From assembly GCA_977020255.1 (NCBI GenBank), contig CDROCS010002735.1, forward strand, positions 1 through 64,000: a DNA stretch of 64,000 nucleotides, read 5' to 3'. Shown piece by piece: positions 63,749 to 64,000 of this stretch; position 1 is the stretch's first letter, and each line of letters opens with the position of its first letter. Origin of the DNA: Obrimoposthia wandeli (Eukaryota). The position numbers were made by a program, and so were the translations under genes. Under the pieces are notes generated by a model. That model was not told the DNA's origin and searched no databases. It worked only from the letters and a program-made list of their open reading frames with translations.

Positions 63749-64000
63749 TTAAAAATGTTCTTCATCAAGTTCCATTATTGTTTTAGAATCGGTCATGACC
63801 ACTGCAAATAAGGTGCTGGTTTGCGGTAAGATTTTTTGCATAAAAAATAGCGATGTGGTGATTTTTGCAGTATAAAAACCGTCAGTATCTTTAGCTAGTT
63901 TTTGCTGCGCTATTTGCGCCATTCGACACCACATGAAAGCTAATGCAACTAAACCGAACAGTCTCAAGTATTCACTGGCTACAGCGGCGGCCTGTTCGGG
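63749..64000 (-). CDS. Acyl-CoA dehydrogenase, C-terminal part (gene enters from the right edge)
   Basis: ..AAAVASEYLRLFGLVALAFMW..FYTAKI..FFMQKILP..F*. Confidence 0.85.
   Translation of the reverse strand, partial: PEQAAAVASEYLRLFGLVALAFMWCRMAQIAQQKLAKDTDGFYTAKITTSLFFMQKILPQTSTLFAVVMTDSKTIMELDEEHF

Overview
AT-rich gammaproteobacterial chromosome segment, probably marine (inferred from gene content), with about 50 intact genes and many decayed remnants. No rRNA, tRNA or CRISPR array was seen. The standout is a visibly GC-richer block at about 14.6-25.2 kb. It encodes an apparent 2,3-dihydroxypropane-1-sulfonate (DHPS) catabolic pathway: hpsR divergent from TRAP hpsKLM-hpsN-hpsO-hpsP. Two additions extend it: an FMN alpha-hydroxy-acid dehydrogenase (SlcD-like), tied to the cluster by a shared LacI operator, and a single-chain fused ComDE sulfopyruvate decarboxylase resembling the fused methanogen enzymes. 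No desulfonating enzyme is present in the window. Other modules: (1) an SBP-assisted TorR-like two-component system beside a dead nhaC; (2) a Cys-tailed MarR redox cassette with paired operators; (3) a cytochrome c / two-component / GtrA-GT2-ArnT envelope-modification cluster; (4) an orphan AceE paralogue with a GntR regulator; (5) a CrbS/CrbR-like pair beside a LIV-type ABC transporter with embedded acyl-CoA ligases. Decayed remnants include nhaC, a GlxA-type regulator, a DapA-like/MocR deletion junction, two MCP stubs, an Mrr-like fragment and an unannotated IS66 remnant. All family calls come from motif recognition by eye; no database searches were run.
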